64,000 nucleotides of DNA from Balamuthia mandrillaris (taxonomy: Eukaryota): the NCBI GenBank assembly GCA_031835245.2, contig JAVKOQ020000012.1, positions 186,001 to 250,000 of the forward strand. Reading direction: 5' to 3'. The position numbers and the translations under genes are program-made. Positions 1 through 12,872 of this stretch are shown here, piece by piece (position 1 is the first letter of the stretch; every line of letters begins with the position of its first letter). The notes under the pieces are model-generated. The model searched no databases and was not told where the DNA came from. It saw only the letters and a program-made list of their open reading frames with translations.

Positions 1-595
1 AACCTTCTTCCTAGTTCCTTCTTCCTCACGGAACTAAGGGTTCGCATCATCATTTCTGAGACCGTCTTTCGCGTCCGCAAGTCCAACTGATGCATCAAGT
101 TCTTGAGGTTGGACTCTTGACTCCGTTTCTGCGTTCATCCCCAACCAAACATGAGACAGGAAGAAGAGAGGGAAGCAAAGAAGGGAGAAGCAGAGCAGCA
201 GAGAAGCAGAGAAGCAGAGAAAACGAGAGAATGTGAGAAGAGAAGACCTGCTCCATCCTAAGACGTCCTTCCTGTGCTTGTCTCATAGCAGCCCTCTCAG
301 CGGAGGCAGGCCCTTCCTTCAAGATCCATCGCCAAACGGTCGTTGCGGCATCCTCGTCTCCGTCGCCCAGCTCTACTACTACTCGAAGAGCGCTTGGCTC
401 CTCCCATGAGGAGGAAGCGGCCGAGGAGGAAGAAGGCCATTCAAAGCGAGCGTGCATCTTTCGGATCAGTCGCTCAGGCACTCGTTCCGCTTTGGCTCGC
501 TGTCGGTTGCGTTGCAGGACCACCTCCAGAGGAGCCTTCAAGCAGATTTGTAGAAAGCCTCCTCCATCTTGGAAAGAAAAAAAGTGAGCAAGAAA

Positions 596-640
<45 letters not shown>

Positions 641-1095
641 CTCTGTTGGGAGAGACGATAGAACGGGTAGCGCATGCTGCGGTAGTAGAAGTTGTCATCC
701 AGGAAGAGAACGAGGACCGGTTGGTTGCGGTTCTGTTGGCGGTGCTCTTGTATGAGGCTCTCCGCCCGATCGTAGGCCACTTGTCTTGCCTTTTGCCATA
801 GGCCAGCGTCAAAGTCTTCGCCCTCTTCTCCTTCTTCTTCCTCTTTTTCGTGAGGAGGAGGAGAAGGGTGAGCGCGCTGTAGTTCCGCCATGATGGCATC
901 GTAGCAAACGTGCACCGCACGGGCCTCCTGATCATCTTCCCTCGCGGCATGGTGGTCTTCCACGAGCCTCCGCGCCAAGGTGGTCTTTCCAACGCCAGGC
1001 AAGCCGCACAACAGCACCACACAAAACCACCCGCAGGCATGTTGACCGTGTCGGTCCCGCTCGTCTCCACCACAAAGCTCTTCCGCTTCACTCAT
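1..1095 (-). CDS. PSTK: L-seryl-tRNA(Sec) kinase (PSTK); multi-exon, 3' end runs off the window
   Basis: P-loop LCGLPGVGKTT, motif LDDNFYYRSMRY, LQRNRQR...MHARFEWP lid, and C-terminal HQLDLRTRKTVSEMM after an intron; ATG at 1095. Confidence 0.85.
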
Positions 1096-1401
1096 TTTTC
1101 GTGGAAGATTTGTTATCAAAAGAAAGAAAGAGAGAGATTTGATTTGATTTTCGTTCGTGGTTGATTATTTACTCTTTGGATTCAAAAAGAAAGAAAGAAA
1201 GAAGAAAGAAAGCAAAGCAGGGTACTACACATGCTGATCTTCTTCGCACATCTTCTTCTCATCATCAAATACATTGGGGGGAAAAAAAATAAAAATAAAA
1301 AAACAAAAGAGATACAGGAGGTCAATCGAAGGGAGAGACACGAAGGAAAGCGGAGGAGGAGGAGGGAGGAGGAAAAAAAATAGGGGGGCTTCTTCTTTTC
1401 T

Positions 1402-1992
1402 CTAAAAGAGAGAGCACCTTCCCTTCTTCTCCTTGGGCTTGGTGATGGGCGGGTTGAGCACCGTTCGGATGGCCTCGTCGAACACGGCCTTGAGGCCCTG
1501 CTGCGTCAGGGCGGAGCACTCCAGGTACTTCACCGCCCCAATCTCCTTCCTCATCTGCTCGGCCTGGGCCTGGGTGATGGGGGCCATGCGCTTGTCCGCC
1601 AGCCGCTCCATGGTGTCCTTGTCATCGCGCAGGTCCACCTTGGTGCCGACCAGCAGCTTGGGGGTGGTGGGGCAGTGGTGGGCGATCTCGGGGTTCCACT
1701 TGGCGCGGACGTTCTCAAAGGAGGGCGGGGAGACGATGGAGAAGCAGATGAGGAAGATGTCGGTCTGGGGGTAGGACAGGGGCCGCAGGCGGTCATAGTC
1801 CTCCTGCCCGGCTGTGTCCCAGAGCCCCAGGTTGATGGCCTTGTTATCCACCATGACGTTGGCCGAGTAGTTGTCAAAGACGGTGGGGATGTACTCCCCT
1901 GGGAAGGCGTTGGTGGTGTAGGAGATGAGGAGGCAGGTCTTGCCGACGGCGCCGTCGCCAACAACTACGCATTTGATTGCTTGCATGGCCAT
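1402..1992 (-). CDS. RAC1: Rac1-like Rho-family GTPase, intronless
   Basis: [61 protein letters not shown], polybasic tail and CAAX (CSLF). Confidence 0.97.
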   Translation of the reverse strand: MAMQAIKCVVVGDGAVGKTCLLISYTTNAFPGEYIPTVFDNYSANVMVDNKAINLGLWDTAGQEDYDRLRPLSYPQTDIFLICFSIVSPPSFENVRAKWNPEIAHHCPTTPKLLVGTKVDLRDDKDTMERLADKRMAPITQAQAEQMRKEIGAVKYLECSALTQQGLKAVFDEAIRTVLNPPITKPKEKKGRCSLF

Positions 1993-2539
1993 GTTGCAGT
2001 TGGTTGCGTAAAGTGTGTTGTTGTTGTTGTTTGGCGGAAGAGGTTTGGGTTTGGTTCCTTTTGTTGGTTGTGGTTTAGCTTCAGTGGTGGTAAGCTTTGC
2101 TTGCTTTTATGATTCGCTATGAAGAAGGCCTTTGGGGTTTTTTTTAAATGTTGTTCCGGAACCGAGAAAAACGAGCAAAGAGACATTTTTAGTTTTTCCT
2201 TTTTCTGAATTGCGAAACACCTCATTGGTACGGAGTTTAAATGTACATTCTCTGTTACCATAACATTCAAAGAATCGGAAAATCGGAAATTTTCCATCAT
2301 TTTTCCACGACGTCCCGAAATATCGTACACCATCCTCGCGACGTCCTGAACTGTCGACAAAATACGTATATGCAAAGCGGATGAAAGAGCAAAGGAAGAA
2401 GCAACAATTTAAAAAAGCGAGCCGTAAATAAAGTCCGAAGAAAAAAATACAAACGGAGAAGAAGACGAAACGCTTTGCCGCAAGTCTGAACAAAACAAAA
2501 AAACAAACAAACTTGAAGAAGTCTCAACAACAGAAACCG

Positions 2540-4604
2540 ATGGCTGAACAAAAACGAGCACCACTGAAGGCCGCGGCGGCGTCGATGCGGATGGTCAATC
2601 CTATAAGGAACACTATGGACACCATCAAGATGCCCCAACACCACGAGAAGGAGCGCATCCCTTTGTCGATTGGTATTGTTGTTGTTCACGTTTTTTGTTT
2701 TATTATTTATTTATTATTTATTTTTTTGTTTTTGTTTACTACTTTTTTTTTCACTAACCGCATTTGCATAATAACAGGTGATCCCACCGTGTTTGATAAT
2801 CTGAAAGTGCATCAGTTTGTGAACGAACAGCTGCATAAGGCCGTGGATAGTTACAAGTGGAACGGTTACGTGCAGTCCTCGGGTACCGCTGGTTCGTGCC
2901 GTCCTTCCTTTTTCTTTCAATTTTCTTCTTCTTTTCCTCATCTTTTTCTCCTCTGCACTTCCACACGCTCTCATCTCTCTCTCCCTCTCTCCTTTGCTTT
3001 CGCTTTGTTCTTTATTTCTACTCTCCTCTTATGTCTCTCTCTCTGTCTCTCTCTCTCTCTCTGTCTCTCTCTGTCTCTCTCTGTCTCTCTCTGTCTCTCT
3101 CTGTCTCTCTCTCTGTCTCTCTCTCTGTCTCTCTTTGTATCTCTCTCTCTGTCTCTCTCTCTGTCTCTCTTTGTCTCTCTCTCTCTTTCTAACTTTGGTT
3201 GTCAAACCAGCTGCTCGAAAGGCTGTTGCAGATAAGTTTACCACCAAAGCCTCTCCTCTCAACGAGAATGACGTGCTGCTAACGAGCGGCTGCTCCGGCG
3301 CTTTGGACCTGTGCATTACCGCTGTGGCCAACGCTGGGGATAATATCCTCATCCCCAAACCTGGCTTCTCCCTCTATAAAACCTTATGTGACAACAAAGG
3401 CATAGAGTGCCGGTATTACAACCTCCTGGTATGTGTTCTCTTATCCGCTTCTCTTCACTTCTTCACTGTCGTGCTTCGCGGCTTCTCTCGACTCCTTCTC
3501 TCCCGCTCTCTCTCCTGCTCTCCTCTTTTTATTATTCTCCGTCCCTTTTCTCTTTTCTCTTTTCTCTTTTCTCTTTTCTCTTTTCTCTTTTCTCTTTTCT
3601 CTTATTAACCAAACAAAAATACAGCCGGAGAAGAACTGGGAGATCGACTTGGAACATCTTTCTTCTCTGATCGACTCCAACACTCGCGCTGTGTTGGTCA
3701 ACAATCCATCCAACCCGTGCGGTTCGGTCTGGTCCGAGCAACACATGCTGGAGATATTGGAGGAGGTTGAGAAACACAGCCTGGTCCTCATCTCTGATGA
3801 GGTCTACTTTGACATGGTTTTCGAGCCCAACCGCTTTATCTCCTTTGGTTGGATCAGCAAGAACGTGCCCGTTTTGGTCACTGGCGGTGTCGCTAAACGG
3901 TTTTTGGTTCCTGGTTGGCGCTTGGGTACTGTTTATTTCCTCTTTCTTTTCCATCTCTTCCTCTCTTCTCTCTCTCTCTCTCCTTCGAGAAGTATGTAAA
4001 TGACCGTCTTTCTTTGTTGTTTTTTATTTGAAGGTTGGATAATAGTGCATGATAGACACGAACTCTTATCAGAGATCCGCGTCGGAATGTACAAACTTAC
4101 CCAGTTGATATTGGGACCAACCACTTTAATCCAGGCCATCCTTCCCGACATTCTTCACAACACGCCCCAAGAGTTCTTCGAGGAGACGGACAGGCAGCTC
4201 CAGGAGCACGCACAGCTCTTGATGGAGAGGATACCCGACATCGAGGGGCTCAGCATCATCAAACCTGGTGGTGCCATGTATGCCATGGTTGGTTTCTCTG
4301 CCTGTCCCCCCCCCCTTCCCTCCCAATGCTCTCTCTCTTGCTCTCTCGCTCTCTCTCTCTAATGTGTTCATTCTTCTCTTGTATTTAGATCCAAATCCAT
4401 ATGGACAAGTTTAAGGATATCAAAGACGATGTGGACTTTACTCAAAAGCTGTTGACGGAGGAGAACGTGTTTGTGCTGCCGGGAAGCATCTTTGGAGCGC
4501 CCAACTTTGTTCGTGTGGTCATCTGCCCCGCCAAGGAAAAGCTGGAGGAGGCGTGCGACCGCATTGCGGCTTTCTGTTTGCGCCACAGCCAACTTACCAA
4601 CTGA
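2540..4604 (+). CDS. TAT: Tyrosine aminotransferase (PLP class I); multi-exon
   Basis: IPLSIGDPTVF, LTSGCSGAL, VNNPSNPCGSV, ISDEVY, PLP-lysine motif GGVAKRFLVPGWRLGW, PGGAMYAM. Confidence 0.93.
3030..3190. repeat. Compound (CT)n/(CTCTGT)n intronic microsatellite
   Basis: Read directly; lies in a TAT intron. Confidence 0.9.
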
Positions 4605-4936
4605 AACCACTCAAAAAAAAAAAAACCAAGTATTTATTATTTTTTTAAAAGAAAAGAAAAGTTTTATTTATCCACGACTACCTCCATTCTTGTCTTAAAG
4701 AGGAAGGAAGCAGAAGAAATAAAACGAAAGGAAGAAGAAAAAACTTGCAGCCACCGACTTGAAAAGAACGCAGAATGTCTTTTATTTTTTTTTGTGGTTT
4801 TTTATTTTTTTATTATATAGAAATAATTTAAAGGAAAACAGACATGGAATCGGATGAAATTTGAAGGTATTTGTCTACAAAAATTTTAATTGCAAAAAAA
4901 AAAAAGAAAAAAAAAAAGAAAAGAAAAGAGTAGCGG

Positions 4937-6836
4937 ATGGAAGATTACGGAGAGGAGGTCGAGAGAAGGCTGCAGACAAGGAACATCCGAGTGCCCAGGC
5001 TGTCGGTGAAGGGAGTGGAGGACATGACCTCATGGTCCTCGCCCACCGGCCTGTTGCTGGCCTCGGACTCTCCGCCGACCTCAGCCTCCCCACAGTTCAC
5101 GCTGACCTACGAGTCCATCTCCACGCTCCCTCAGAAGCTCTTCCTGGCTAGCATACAAAGAGAAAACGTGAACGAGTGCTTTCGTGCCATTTTGCAGCTG
5201 GCATTCTTCCCAGTAAGGTTCTTTCTATCTTTTCTCCTTTTTTTTTTTGATTTTCACACTGCCATTTTTTTTTTTGGGTCTGAAACGTTTTTGTTTTTTT
5301 TGTTTTGTATGAACCAGTTCAACCAGTTTCTTTTCGTACACTGAAACGGAGGATGAGATCTCGGTGTTAGTGGACGAACATTCGCTCTCTCTATTCCCGG
5401 AGGACGCCATTGTGCTCTGTCCTCCTGCCAGACGCGCCATTCAAGTCTATGAAGGCGCTGAGGCTATCAGTGCGTCTCTCTCTCTCTCTCTCTCTCTCTC
5501 TCGCCTTCTTGTCTCCGAAAAGTCTCAAGCAACAGTCCCTAAGCAACGTTTTCTTTTTCTCAACACAGACATGACGGGCTACATTAGTCTTTTGGCTGGA
5601 GCCATAGCCTCAGCTGGCATCAGCATCATCTATCTCAGCACCTTTAACACTGATTTGATTGTTGTACGTATAAGAGAAGAGAGGAAGGGACTAACAGACA
5701 AGAGACTGAGAGACAGAGCGCGCACGAGAGAGAGAGAGAGGAGCAGAGGAGTTGAACGAATGCCTAATTGAGGCTAACGAAAACACATTTGCTTTTCGCA
5801 TTCTTATACAAAGGTGGCCGAAGAGCACTTGGAAGAAGCACATGAGTGTCTAAAGAAGGCATTGCAACCTTCAGGCATCCCACATGATGCGCAAAAGCTA
5901 TTCCAATCCTCGCCTCAGAATTCTCAACTGCCCACTACTTCACCGCCATCTCTATCCTCAATTGTAGCAGAAGGAGTAAGAGACCATAGGATCAAAGCAA
6001 ACAAAGTAAACAAGAAAAACAGGTCTGATGGCGGTAACCGTAGAAACCTTGTTGGCAAGGACAAAGTGCTTGTGTCTCCTTTGCCTAAACAACTTTCCAT
6101 TGCAACGTTACCACGTGAGGTTAGTTGTTTCTTTGACTCCTTTTCTTTTGTTTTCATGTTTTTCTGTTCAGTTTTGTTTTGTTTTTTTTTTTGTTTAGTT
6201 TGCGTTGTTGTGTTTTAGTTAGTCACGTTGACCCTGACCCGTTTCATTCTTTAAGGCATTGTCAAAAGTTGTGCATCCACTGTTACGGGTGTTTCTCATG
6301 TGAGTTACAATTCCGTCTCATCTGTTGAATAACGCTCGCTAACTTCTCTCTTTTTCAAAAAGGCAATGCACATTCTTCTCGGTGACAATGACTAAAGACG
6401 AAGTGTCAATGATTATAGACGACGAGCTGCTGGAATACTTTGACATGGATCTTCTTGAAGTACATGACAAAACTTGGCGAGGCATTCAAGTAGAGCAGGG
6501 GAGCATGGGTACAGGTAAGCGAATCTCTTGGTTCTCCAGCCTCTCGGCTCTTGTCTTTGTCACTTTTCCTGAGTCGTTTCTCTCTACAGCCGAAACCGGA
6601 GCTGTCAGCATGTTGGCTGATGTATGGGCCAATGAAGGCATCAGTATTTATTATCTATCAACATTCCAAACGGACTTTGTTTTGGTTCTCTCCCCTTCTC
6701 ACTCTTTCATTTAAAACCGAAACTAACAGCAAAAAACCACGAACATTAAAAAAAAAAGGTGGAAGAAGAACAGTTACAGGAAGCCATCCAAGTATTATTA
6801 CAGGAGAACTTGGCAATGTTGGAAGACGAAGGTTGA
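4937..6836 (+). CDS. CASTOR/GATS-like tandem ACT-domain protein (putative amino-acid sensor); multi-exon
   Basis: Two homologous halves: FFSYTETEDEISVLV...GYISLLAGAIASAGISIIYLSTFNTDLIVV and FFSVTMTKDEVSMII...GAVSMLADVWANEGISIYYLSTFQTDFVLV; stop TGA at 6834-6836. Confidence 0.85.
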
Positions 6837-6875
6837 ACCATTTTTATGAATAGATATACGAGTAATCCTCAAAGC

Positions 6876-8439
6876 TTAATACCAAGGGCCAGACGATGGT
6901 GGAGACCATATCTGCAAAACATAACATAATGTCTCCATCACTCGTTGCACCATTTCCAACACTTCTATCCTGGTCTTTACACAGAGGCCCTCTGCTCTCT
7001 CCGCCCTCAGCAATTTGTGTTCCAGGGGCGGCTTGCACGGGCCAAGACACTTGTACACAGCTGCGGCGAGGCGTTGACACAGTCGCCACAGCGGAGTACA
7101 ATCCTTCCTCTCCACTGCATAACGTAGCAGCCGTTGCACACTGTGCGCTTCTGAAATGAGTGCTAGCCAAGCCACCGAAATAGAAGAAGACGCCTCCTTG
7201 CTGCTCTCCGATTCTTTGTCCTCTGGTACGTCTGTTGCACTTGCGGCTTTGTTAGCAGAGGCTTGCAGGAACTGGAGGACCGTTTGAAGGTTGAGGAGAG
7301 CGGTGTAAAACTTCATAAGTGCACCAAAGCATTGCTCCGTTTGAGCGAAGCTTCCTTCTCCCCAAAACAAGATTTTGGTGCACGCCTCTGCCATCTTATC
7401 TGAGAGCGTGGCTTGCGCTTCCGCCAAGTTAGCTCCTCCATCTCCTTGGCACTGCAGCGCGGCAACTCTCTCTGCAAGGTATCGCCATGGCCCCAGTACT
7501 TTGGTTTGCCCATGCTGCCTCTTTTCCCCCAGCCACGCACTACAATCCTCCTTGATAGCACAAACCCTGCCCGCAAACGTGGTCGCGCTTGCCACAGGGT
7601 CACTTCTGAAACGATACCTCCTTGTCCAGTGCGGCTGCCTTATGCTCAGGAATTCCAGCTGGGTGTCGGCACCAAGTCCCATGCTCTTCCCCGAAGAGAG
7701 CAGAAGGTGGTAGGGCGCAGAGAAAAAGCGGTACGCATTTTTTGCAACCGAATGGTACACCAGGTATGTGGTCGGCTTGCTACAAGGGCGTTGCTAAAGT
7801 TATCATAACAGGCGGAAGAAAATGAGGAAAAAGGAGAGGGAAAAAAAACTCACGTGCTTGGGTTGTGCTGATGATCTTGCCAAATAGCGGCCAGAATGGA
7901 AGCGTTGGTGGTGTGATAGGTTCCTCCAGAGGGCATCTTCAACTGCAGCAGGCACTCTCTGACAAGAGAACGACTGTGATTATCCACATATTTCCACCCT
8001 GCTTCACTGTGCATCAGCTGTTTGGATAGGAGCTTATTCCCATCTAACATGGTAAGGTACGTGGCCTCAACATCTTCTTCCTTCCAGGTGAAGACCAAGC
8101 CTTTGTTGGCCAGGGCTTCACAAAAGCGGTGCGCCCCTAGGTCTTGTTCCTCTTTTGGTGTTGCGAATGGGAGCAACGTTTTTTCGGGGCAAAAAGGGGC
8201 CACAAACCCAGCACATGAGCACAGCGCAGAGAAAAGCTGCTCCGCAGAGACCAATCGTTGGGGCAGCATGCTAACATGAAATTGAGGCATCATCAGCTGC
8301 AGTAGTCCTCTCCTCGGCCATTCGTCAAGTTCTTTGCACCAATATTCCTCAAAAATAGAGGTCGCCAATACTCTGGGCACCATTCCAGACAGCACAAACT
8401 GGACCCTTCAAGAAGGGTGAATCAAAAATGTTAGCGTTG

Positions 8440-8485
<46 letters not shown>

Positions 8486-9709
8486 CTCAGGAAGACGGCC
8501 GGATGCATTCAGAATGGGCAAGTGGAAATACCGGTGAAGACATGCCAGTTGGTAGAGCATGTTGGAGGTTTTAAGTCCTCTGTCCAATGGTGGTAGCACC
8601 ATCACCACTGACTCGTCAACTGTTGCATCCAGGTCGTCGTTTTCGTCACTACCATGCCTTGAGGTTCCTCCGTTTTGCTGTTGATGCAAAGATTGGCAGT
8701 ACCTTCTCATCACTGCAAAAGCCTTTCCACGGGGTCCTTTCTTCTCGTGTGCAGTGCCATCCATGAGGTAAAAGGCACCGAGATCTCTAATCAATCCGTT
8801 CATGATGCTTTTGGCTGGGAAGACGAGGTAAAATCCGAGTTTCCTTGCTCCCGCCCCAACTATCATCCACACTCTCTTCAACAGAACCTCCTCTTCTTCC
8901 TTCTCCTTGTCCGCCAATTGCTTTTCTTGTGCTTGTTCTTGTTCTTGTGCTTCTCCGTGCAAGGAAGACCGACAAAAAGGTCGACCAAGACGATGGCACG
9001 CCAAGCTCAGCATCTCTTCCAGGAAGCGTTGCGGATCTTTCTTCACACCCATCATATAGCACAATCGCTGACAGTCCACTTCCAACAGCAGCTCCTCTGT
9101 GGCCTCCTTCACTTTGCTAAACGGGCGGAACGGACCCTGTACTTTCTCTTGCTCCTGGCCCGTTTCCTTTTCCTCTTCGTCTTCTTCGTTGTTGGTTTGG
9201 CCGAGGCCGCTGCGTTTCGACTTCCTCTTCTCTTGCTGGTTGAGCCGCTGGGCTTTCAGTTGCTTGGCCTGGCGTTGCAAATGATGGAGAGTCTGTTGAT
9301 GAGAGAGCAATGGCTTCGCTTCGCGGTCCTGCAAGAACGGGATGGACAGATGCGACAGCAACAACGGCAGCGGCATCAGGAATATCCGTCGAAGAAGCTC
9401 GGCTACCTCGCCGTGCAGTGGCCCAGAGAGGGAGATCCGGCCTCTCTTTCTCGCCGCCAATCGAGCAGCCCCTTTACGGTGCGAGTTCTCCCAGAGGGAC
9501 CTCCACGCCTCCTCCTCCTCCTCCCCCTCTTCCGCTTCATTGGATGAAGAGGGATCGCTGTAGAAAAAGGCGTCCTCCAAAAGGTCAAAAAAACGGGAGC
9601 ACGTCCGTGCCACAGCCACCAAGCCAAACGCCTCTTTGGCCGGGGCCGGCGCCGCTGGCTTCAAGAACGAGAAGATGTGCAACAAGAGCTCGTCCGGCAG
9701 TTCCTCCAT
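6876..9709 (-). CDS. F-box protein with an unrecognised C-terminal region; at least 3 exons
   Basis: N-terminal MEELPDELLLHIFSFL...LVAVARTCSRF F-box; long co-oriented ORFs 8408-9709, 7850-8395 and 6876-7760. Confidence 0.75.
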
Positions 9710-9781
9710 CCTTCTTCCTTGTTGTTCTCCTCTCGCTGCTCTTCAGCTAAAAGTGAAAAAAGTAAATAGGTCAGCAGGAAT

Positions 9782-10177
9782 GCAGAGGAAGAGGAGGCGG
9801 AGGAGGGAGAGCAAAACCAGGCCCTTCCCTCCCTTCTCCAAAAACTTCTTTCACACTCCACCGCCTGCTCCATCGGCTGCAAGGAAGGTGTGACCGCTTC
9901 GCCGGGGGAGCTTTGGCCAGCCCACCGCTCTCACCCACTGCAACCTCGCCAACAACAAGCTGACCGCCTTGCCGAGAGAGTCTGGTCAGCTCACCGCTCT
10001 CACCCACTGCAGTCTCTCCAACAACGCTCTTGCATCCTTGCCGAGGGAGTTTGGCCAGCTCACCGCCTCCTCTCTCCACGCCATTCGCTCTACCTGCAGG
10101 ACAACCCCTTAGCAGCCCTGCCTTGCTCGATGGTTGGTCTTCTTCCGTCCTTGCAAACGGTTGCAGCGAAGGTGTGA
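9782..10177 (+). pseudogene. Frameshifted leucine-rich-repeat gene remnant
   Basis: 69-bp units starting at 9912, 9981 and 10050 translate as FGQPTALTHCNLANNKLTALPRESGQLTALTHCSLSNNALASLPREFGQLT. Flanking LRR pieces (VTASPGE; SLYLQDNPLAALPCSM) are in another frame. Confidence 0.65.
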
Positions 10178-10500
10178 TGTTTGTAACCAACAACTGTTTT
10201 TGGAGGCAGAAGCGGAGCAAGAAGCAGCAGGGGCCGAAGAAGAAGGGCAAACAAGGCCAGCGGTGAGAAGGCATTATTGGGACAAGGAAGAAAGAAGAGA
10301 TTGGTGGGAGTTGTGGTGTTGCGGCCAGAGCTGCTTCCACCGGCCCCATCGCTGGATGTTCCCTTGCTGCAACCAAGTAGTTCTTTTGTGCCTCTCCTCT
10401 TCTTCTTCTTCTTCTTGTTCTTCTTCTTCTTCTTCGTTCTTTTTCTTCTTTCAAACAAAAAAACAAAAACAAAAACAAAATGGAACAAAAAAAAAGTGTT

Positions 10501-11568
10501 TCAATCCCGAATGTTGTGGATATCGTGAGGTTTGCCCTCCAACGCCCCGGCGGGACCCTGCACCCAGGCGGTGGCCTTCCTCTGGAACGCGGGCACGTTG
10601 TTGGCTCCCGTGTGGGCCAACCCCGACTGAATGCCTCCCAAAAAGTTGAGCATGACCCTCTCCAAAGATCCCTTGTACTCCACCAGACCTTCCACGCCCT
10701 CCGCCACCATCTTCTCGGCCTGTGCCTTGGTCAGCCCCTCCGTGACGTGCTGCTCGGAGGATTGGCGGTGGTAGCGCCCGCGGCTGCCGCTGCGCTCGGC
10801 CATGGCACTGCGGCTGCCCATGCCGCGAATGGTCTTGAACTGCTTGCCATTGCTGACGACCACTTGGCCGGGGCTTTCGGTGGTGCCAGCCAATGCGCTG
10901 CCCAACATCACTCCACTGGCTCCACAAGCAAAGCATTTCACTGTTATCAGTTGAAATATTAGATGGGAGGAGGAAGCAAGCGAAACGAATGAAGGAAGAA
11001 AGAAGAACGAACCGATATCGCCGCTACTGCGAATGCCACCGTCAGCAATGATGGGAACGTAAAAGCCTGTCTTGGCACCATAGTCCCTGACTGCTCTCCA
11101 GACCTCATACAAGGCGGTGGCTTGAGGCACACCGTGGCCCGTCACCTGACGAGTGGTACAGATACTACCAGGTCCAATGCCCACCTTGAGAGCGTCCGGT
11201 TTGGCGTCGGACTCCAACAAGTACATTGCTGAGTCGTAGGAAGCAATATTGCCAACGATGACCTCAAAGTCGCCCCAACCGTCCAGCTCTGAGGAGGAGG
11301 ATGATCCAGGGCTGTTAGTTGCCTTATGTTGTTGCTGTCGAAGGAGAATGCGTTGGTTCTTGAGTTCTTGCAAAGCTTTGAGGGTATTGCGAGCAGGTTT
11401 GCAAGCGCCGTGAGAGGAGTCCACAACGAGCACCCTACATCCGCTCTCTACGAGCAGGCGGGCTCGTTCGATGTCCTCGTTGCCCATTCCGATGGCTGCT
11501 GCCACCAAAAAGTGGCCCTTATCATCCAAACTATTGTATGTTATTTGTTTGAGTAATAGTTCTCTTTT

Positions 11569-11619
<51 letters not shown>

Positions 11620-11937
11620 TAAAGAACATAGGAGTGGAAGAGAAACATTAAAGCGTTCAAGAGTACCTGAATGTCTTTTTCTTTCTCTGATCGTTACGAA
11701 CATCGCTCCAGACGTACATACCAATGAGGTTGTCATCCTTATCAACGATAGGCAGCTTCTTCACTTTTCTTTCCTTCATGATTGCGTAGGCTTCAGTTGA
11801 GTCGGTTCCTTCTGGAGCAGTCACAATGTTGGAGCGGGGAATCATCATGTCTCCGAGCCTTGGGTTGGCACTTGAGTCTATGAACTCCATCTCATCTCTT
11901 GTCACCATGCCTTTATTGCATGCATGTTATTGAAGAA

Positions 11938-11968
<31 letters not shown>

Positions 11969-12626
11969 ACATAGAAGCAAACGAAAAAAGAAACTACGAA
12001 CCAAGAAGACGGCCGTACTTCTTCTTGACACTGGTGCTTCGTCTGCGATGGTCCAACTCCGGGGAGAGCACGCTTTCCGTGGAGGTGTCACTGGCCGCTG
12101 CCACGATCGGAAAACTGGTGAAGGTCCAACCGTACTTGGCCGCTGCCGCTTGCAACTGCGAATAATGGTCCTCCGGGTGGAAGACGATAGGCCGATCGAT
12201 CATTCCTCCAGAGTGAATCTTCTTACGGACCCATTTGACCATGGCGGCCTGCGCCTCGGGCGACAGGTTACGGTGCAGCACACCCAGTCCGCCCATCTGC
12301 GCCATGGAGAGGGCCATGTTCTCCTCCGTGACGGTGTCCATGGCGGCGCTGAGGATGCCAGCCCCCTTGAGCGCGATCCTGCGGGTCACAAAGGAGCGTA
12401 GGTTGACGTCGTTGGGGTGAAAGTCGGAGGGCTTGTCCTCCAGGGTCAACTCGTCAAAGGTGAGTGCGGTGCGGCTGCGACGCTTCTCCTCAAAGAGGTC
12501 CTGCATGGCTTGGCTGAGCTCCACTCCCTTGGGGAAGACCTGCTCAAAGGTCGGTCCGGTCGTCGGATCGGAAGTGCCTTTGCCATTGGACGGAAGCGAT
12601 GCCGATGAAGGAGTGCTGGCTTGCAT
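10501..12626 (-). CDS. guaB: IMP dehydrogenase with a CBS pair, bacterial-type signatures; multi-exon
   Basis: LSAAMDTVTE, VLVVDSSHG, catalytic loop KVGIGPGSICTTR, IADGGIRSSGDI, RGMGS, flap RY, VAEGVEG; ATG at 12626. Confidence 0.93.
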
Positions 12627-12872
12627 TTTTGATTGTGTATGAGGAATGAAAAGATGGAGAGAGATCAAAAAAAAAAAGAGGGATGGCAGTGAGAGTGAGC
12701 GAGCGAGCGAGCGAGAACAAGCCAGGAAGGAAAGGAGAGAGAATGGGAAAGGTGGGAGGAAGGCCCTTGGGGGCCACAGCTGTTCGCTCCAAACTGGGTT
12801 TGACACCCCGGAAGAAGAAAATGAAAAAGAAAAAAAAAAAGGCAGCGCTTCTTTCTCCGCCACTCTTTTGGT

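Noticed and set aside
9912..10070. 69-bp repeats as a CRISPR-like array
   Set aside because: No unique spacers, eukaryotic context, and the period is explained by 23-aa LRRs.
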